A stretch of 64,000 bases of DNA, taken from the NCBI GenBank assembly GCA_023229365.1, contig JALNZK010000014.1, positions 6,970-70,969 of the forward strand, read 5' to 3'. Below the pieces are notes generated by a model. It searched no databases. It was not told the origin of the DNA and saw nothing but the letters and a program-made list of their open reading frames with translations. The translations under genes and the position numbers were made by a program. The first letter of the stretch is position 1; each line of letters starts with the position of its first letter. Below, piece by piece: positions 60,424-64,000 of this stretch. The stretch comes from Pseudomonadota bacterium. Its GTDB lineage: Bacteria > Myxococcota_A > Polyangia > JAAYKL01.

Positions 60424-62841
60424 ATGACAACAGAATTTGATGACATAATTATGAGAGGATCTCAACAAAGAGATTACGGAACACTAGTTGGAAATTGTCA
60501 AATATATTTAGATAGGTTTGCAATTGTTCTAGGAAGTGAAACTGAATCACCATCAACTGCGTCATCTATAGTGGTTGGATCTGATTTAAGTTTCTACCAA
60601 TGTGGGTTTGAGCATAGCGGTAATTTCAGTTTGCTATATTTTTTAACTTTAACTGCATTACTTCCTGCTGCTGCATTTGAAGTTCGTATTTGTAAGAACG
60701 ACAATAAACGTATTGTGATTGAGACTTATGGTGATGTTGCTGCGACACAAGCAATGAGTTTGTGGTTTAATACAGCGAAATCGGCACATAAAGAGTCAAG
60801 TGTTCCTACTTGGGTTAAGTTGAATGGGGTGGCAAGTGGTAGCACAATGACATACGCTACAACATCGTATGTATTTAAAGAAGATGTAAGTGAAAGTAGA
60901 GGTTCTGTTGTAATTGATTGCTGTAAAAAGTGTCCAACTTGTCAGTGTTTGAATTGTTATATTTGCGATAGGTTATATCTAAAGGCAGTTGGCAGTGAAA
61001 CTAAAATATATGGCACATCTATTAAACATGGATATGGTAAGAATCTAGGTAATTCAGCATGTGTATTTAAAAAATCAGGTACAATTCCAGTTACAAGTTT
61101 TTGCCCATTTTCAATGACATTAGATATGTCAAATTACAAATTCAATTTATATTTTTTAGACGATGATGGAACTACAGAACACCTAATAGAAACTTATGAA
61201 TGGTTTCAATCTACTGCTGACTATGATTTAATTGTAGAATATAAGATCGAATGTGACACTGTCGCTATATGGTCATATTTGGATGATGAAGTTGTAAGCA
61301 TTGACAGCAATATTGCTGGAAAAACAGTGACTACACATGGATATCCTTTTGAAATTGAATCATTTGATAGCGTTACTAATAAATTAACAGTGAATAGAAA
61401 TACAATACCGTTCAGAAGTATATCCAGTGAAAATACTAATGCATTTAGATATGGTGGCCCTCTTAAATTATCTACCTCAATAACCCTTGGTAAAATATGT
61501 CTGACACAACAACGCATATTGGGAAATGTTGATATCTCATGCCCATTATGGCTCCCTACTGGAAATACTAGAGTAAAGATGAAATTCACATTAACTCACG
61601 ACGCCCCAACAATAAATAGTTATGGAACAAACGGGGGCATGTACTATGTAAGATGTGAGTGTACTGGCGGAACTGGATATAGTGTTTTTATATATGAATA
61701 TTTCGGGGAAGATACAAAAAGCATCTCATTAGATGTTGATTTCTCGGAACTGGATTATGAATATTATACATATGATACGGGTTATATATTCTATTTTGGT
61801 ATAATTATAGAATACGAAAACTGCGATGGTGCGATATTAAATAAAACATTATCTGCCTCAATTGAAATATTAGATGTATATGATGGATGCACCGGTGAAA
61901 GTTTATTGAGTTCGCTACCACAGTTTAATACAATAGCATTACAATATCCAAACAGAGATGGCATTTCATTTACTGCAACTTTTTCATCATTAGGCGCTAC
62001 AACTAACCCGGTGACAACGAGCACATTTGACTTTGATTATTTAAATAATTGCGTGGGAACAAGATCTGTTAAAGTTTGTAAAAATTATATACATACCATA
62101 TCTCCAGCACTCACAGTTAAATCATCTAATTGTCAAATTGGAAAAACTATAAAACTATACATAGATGTTCGTTCAGCATACGGTATGACATTATATATTT
62201 ATAAAGGAACTTATATAGCAGATGTGGAATCAGTAGATCAGGTTAATAATTTAATAACCGTAACAAATATTATTCATATTGGAGATTCTAGTGAGGGGTT
62301 ATCAGATAGATCGGCACACGTAACAGATTCATTTACATCGTCTGGATGGTCATCATGGTGGGGGTGGATGTCTGGGCAGTCTCATAGTCCAGATCCAGTA
62401 AATATAGGATATATAGGTCCAATTGCAGGTAGAGATGCTATAGTAACTGGAACCATAGTAGCAACAATCACAACAACAGCAGGATTTTTTAATAATGGAC
62501 TTGAGTGTAGTTTTGACTGTGGAAATGGTCTATTAGCATCAAGAACATTATCTTATCCTTTAACAAATGGATTGCTTCAACAAGTTGTCACATTAACACT
62601 TTTATCAACCCCGGTTACAAATATACCATACATATATGCCCCAAAAACTACGGTTTATTTTAAGTATTATGTATCTGATGAAACACCAAGAGGATCTGTA
62701 TACAATATTAGTATAGAAGCATCAAATATGAAAATTGTAGATTGCAAAGGAAACAGTTATAATGAAAATGATATATTACCTGGATCAATATTAGACTCTG
62801 GGACAACACTATCGAGTATATTAATGACTACATATTTATAA
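60424..62841 (+). CDS. large Cys-containing structural protein (805 aa)
   Basis: CCKKCPTCQCLNCYIC cluster. Position in the tail-fibre region. Confidence 0.45.
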   Translation: MTTEFDDIIMRGSQQRDYGTLVGNCQIYLDRFAIVLGSETESPSTASSIVVGSDLSFYQCGFEHSGNFSLLYFLTLTALLPAAAFEVRICKNDNKRIVIETYGDVAATQAMSLWFNTAKSAHKESSVPTWVKLNGVASGSTMTYATTSYVFKEDVSESRGSVVIDCCKKCPTCQCLNCYICDRLYLKAVGSETKIYGTSIKHGYGKNLGNSACVFKKSGTIPVTSFCPFSMTLDMSNYKFNLYFLDDDGTTEHLIETYEWFQSTADYDLIVEYKIECDTVAIWSYLDDEVVSIDSNIAGKTVTTHGYPFEIESFDSVTNKLTVNRNTIPFRSISSENTNAFRYGGPLKLSTSITLGKICLTQQRILGNVDISCPLWLPTGNTRVKMKFTLTHDAPTINSYGTNGGMYYVRCECTGGTGYSVFIYEYFGEDTKSISLDVDFSELDYEYYTYDTGYIFYFGIIIEYENCDGAILNKTLSASIEILDVYDGCTGESLLSSLPQFNTIALQYPNRDGISFTATFSSLGATTNPVTTSTFDFDYLNNCVGTRSVKVCKNYIHTISPALTVKSSNCQIGKTIKLYIDVRSAYGMTLYIYKGTYIADVESVDQVNNLITVTNIIHIGDSSEGLSDRSAHVTDSFTSSGWSSWWGWMSGQSHSPDPVNIGYIGPIAGRDAIVTGTIVATITTTAGFFNNGLECSFDCGNGLLASRTLSYPLTNGLLQQVVTLTLLSTPVTNIPYIYAPKTTVYFKYYVSDETPRGSVYNISIEASNMKIVDCKGNSYNENDILPGSILDSGTTLSSILMTTYL

Positions 62842-62922
62842 CATGTAAATAACACAATCATTAGCAATGACATTGGGTGGTTGGACTAAATCTATTAATA
62901 TTCAGTTGTATAGGTGTTGATT

Positions 62923-64000
62923 ATGGTGTATGATGATTGGTTATACAATAAAAGTCACGTTATAACATCAGCAAGCACTTTAACTGATTATCAAGTTAAA
63001 TTAACAGTTTACTATGGTAGTGGAACCGATAGCGGATCATCTGTTTATCTTAATTCTCATTGTAATGTAGATTTTAGTGATATTAGATTTACAAATAGTT
63101 CAGGCGCAGCACTTCCCTATTGGATTGAAAGTTATACAAGTGGTGTTAGTGCAGTTGTTTGGGTAAAGATTGATTCAATTACTACGTCTACTACGATTTA
63201 TGTTTATTATGGAAATGGTAGTGCGGTAAGTGAGAGTAATGGAGATAGTGTTTTTGAATTCTTTGATGATTTTGAAGGGTCAACATTATCTAAATGGACC
63301 GGCGATACTACATATGGAACCATTTCAAATGGTATCCTATCTTACATGTATAATACCACGTCAGAAACGTGGAAATATATATTTTCAAATGTTACATTAT
63401 CCACATCTACTACCCCCTACGCCATTAGAACCCGATGCTCTATAGTTGCGTCAACACCATGGGCTTTATATCAAATGTGTGGATTTCAATTATCAGACAC
63501 AATAGGAACTGGGCGAGCAATATTAACATCAATTGGATCATATCCACTTACTGTTTTAACAGAATCTCAAGGATTTGGGGCTGCAAATATATATACGACA
63601 GGTTACAAGATATTTGAAATTCAATACAATCCAAGTGTAAATACTAAATTTTATGTAGATGGTTCATTAGTTGTAACTCATACATGCAATTCACCGGCAA
63701 ATACCAAAGTTAGTATAGGATCATGTAATGGTGGAACACATACCAACGATTGGATCGTAGTAAGGAAATATGCGGCAACAGAACCCACTCATTCAACTTG
63801 GGGAACTGAAACCTTTAACATTGATGTGTACATTGCATCGGAGACTATTGCATTGACGGATATTCCATGTGGCGAAGTTGATACCGGATCTGCGTTTGAA
63901 ATCATTACGATATCAGACACAGCAACGAGATTACTCCACACAAGAATACTACACGAAATAATTACTGTGTCTGATTCCATAATCAATCCGATTATATACC
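62923..64000 (+). CDS. partial (3'-truncated by the window) DUF2341-like plus concanavalin-A/LamG-like adhesin, a receptor-binding candidate
   Basis: DYQVKLTVYYGSG...DFSDIRFT...LPYWIESY...VWVKI...IYVYYGNGS...FEFFDDFEG. SD AGGTG before the ATG at 62923. The open frame runs to the window end. Confidence 0.5.
   Translation, partial: MVYDDWLYNKSHVITSASTLTDYQVKLTVYYGSGTDSGSSVYLNSHCNVDFSDIRFTNSSGAALPYWIESYTSGVSAVVWVKIDSITTSTTIYVYYGNGSAVSESNGDSVFEFFDDFEGSTLSKWTGDTTYGTISNGILSYMYNTTSETWKYIFSNVTLSTSTTPYAIRTRCSIVASTPWALYQMCGFQLSDTIGTGRAILTSIGSYPLTVLTESQGFGAANIYTTGYKIFEIQYNPSVNTKFYVDGSLVVTHTCNSPANTKVSIGSCNGGTHTNDWIVVRKYAATEPTHSTWGTETFNIDVYIASETIALTDIPCGEVDTGSAFEIITISDTATRLLHTRILHEIITVSDSIINPIIY

Noticed and set aside
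1-64000. Integrase or attachment-site pair defining a provirus boundary
   Set aside because: No tyrosine or serine recombinase motifs were found in any ORF, so integration status cannot be asserted from this window.

Overview
This window reads as one compact, low-GC genome segment of a head-tailed (Caudoviricetes-like) virus or provirus of an archaeal host. The archaeal assignment rests on a histone-fold gene, an archaeal-type family B DNA polymerase, an RPA-like OB-fold protein, AT-rich TATA-like boxes and strong GGAG Shine-Dalgarno use. Almost every base is coding except four non-coding tracts: 4358-4618, 17160-18050, 22652-23297 and 25300-27100. The layout is: (i) 1-17160, a minus-strand replication and nucleotide-metabolism module with dCTP deaminase, histone, Cas4-like nuclease, PolB, RecA-like ATPase, RPA-like SSB, wHTH regulator, glutaredoxin and a MazG-like protein, interleaved with more than 20 tiny Zn-ribbon proteins joined by ATGA stop/start overlaps; (ii) 17160-18050, a non-coding tract full of tRNA-like T-arm/acceptor fragments; (iii) 18050-25270, more minus-strand small genes including a ThyA-family enzyme; (iv) 25300-27100, a 1.8-kb non-coding G+T-skewed region with palindromes and an AT-rich core, a candidate origin; (v) 27100-32520, a cassette of about 13 small minus-strand genes, at least nine of which carry a private promoter-like leader made of a TATA-like box, a CAGATAG motif, a gene-specific perfect inverted repeat and CCCTGGAGAAAAGAA before the ATG, including a RadC/JAB protein; (vi) 32745-64000, a plus-strand morphogenesis module with TerS, TerL, portal, protease-scaffold, HK97-like MCP, connector proteins, major tail protein, a frameshifted chaperone pair, a 3330-aa tape measure protein carrying an N-terminal DEDDy 3'-5' exonuclease domain, distal tail proteins, a tail fibre with five 96-bp tandem repeats, and a partial DUF2341/LamG adhesin. 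No integrase, rRNA or CRISPR array was seen. The most unusual items are the promoter-hairpin gene cassette, the exonuclease-fused giant TMP, the virus-borne histone and the tRNA-fragment tract.
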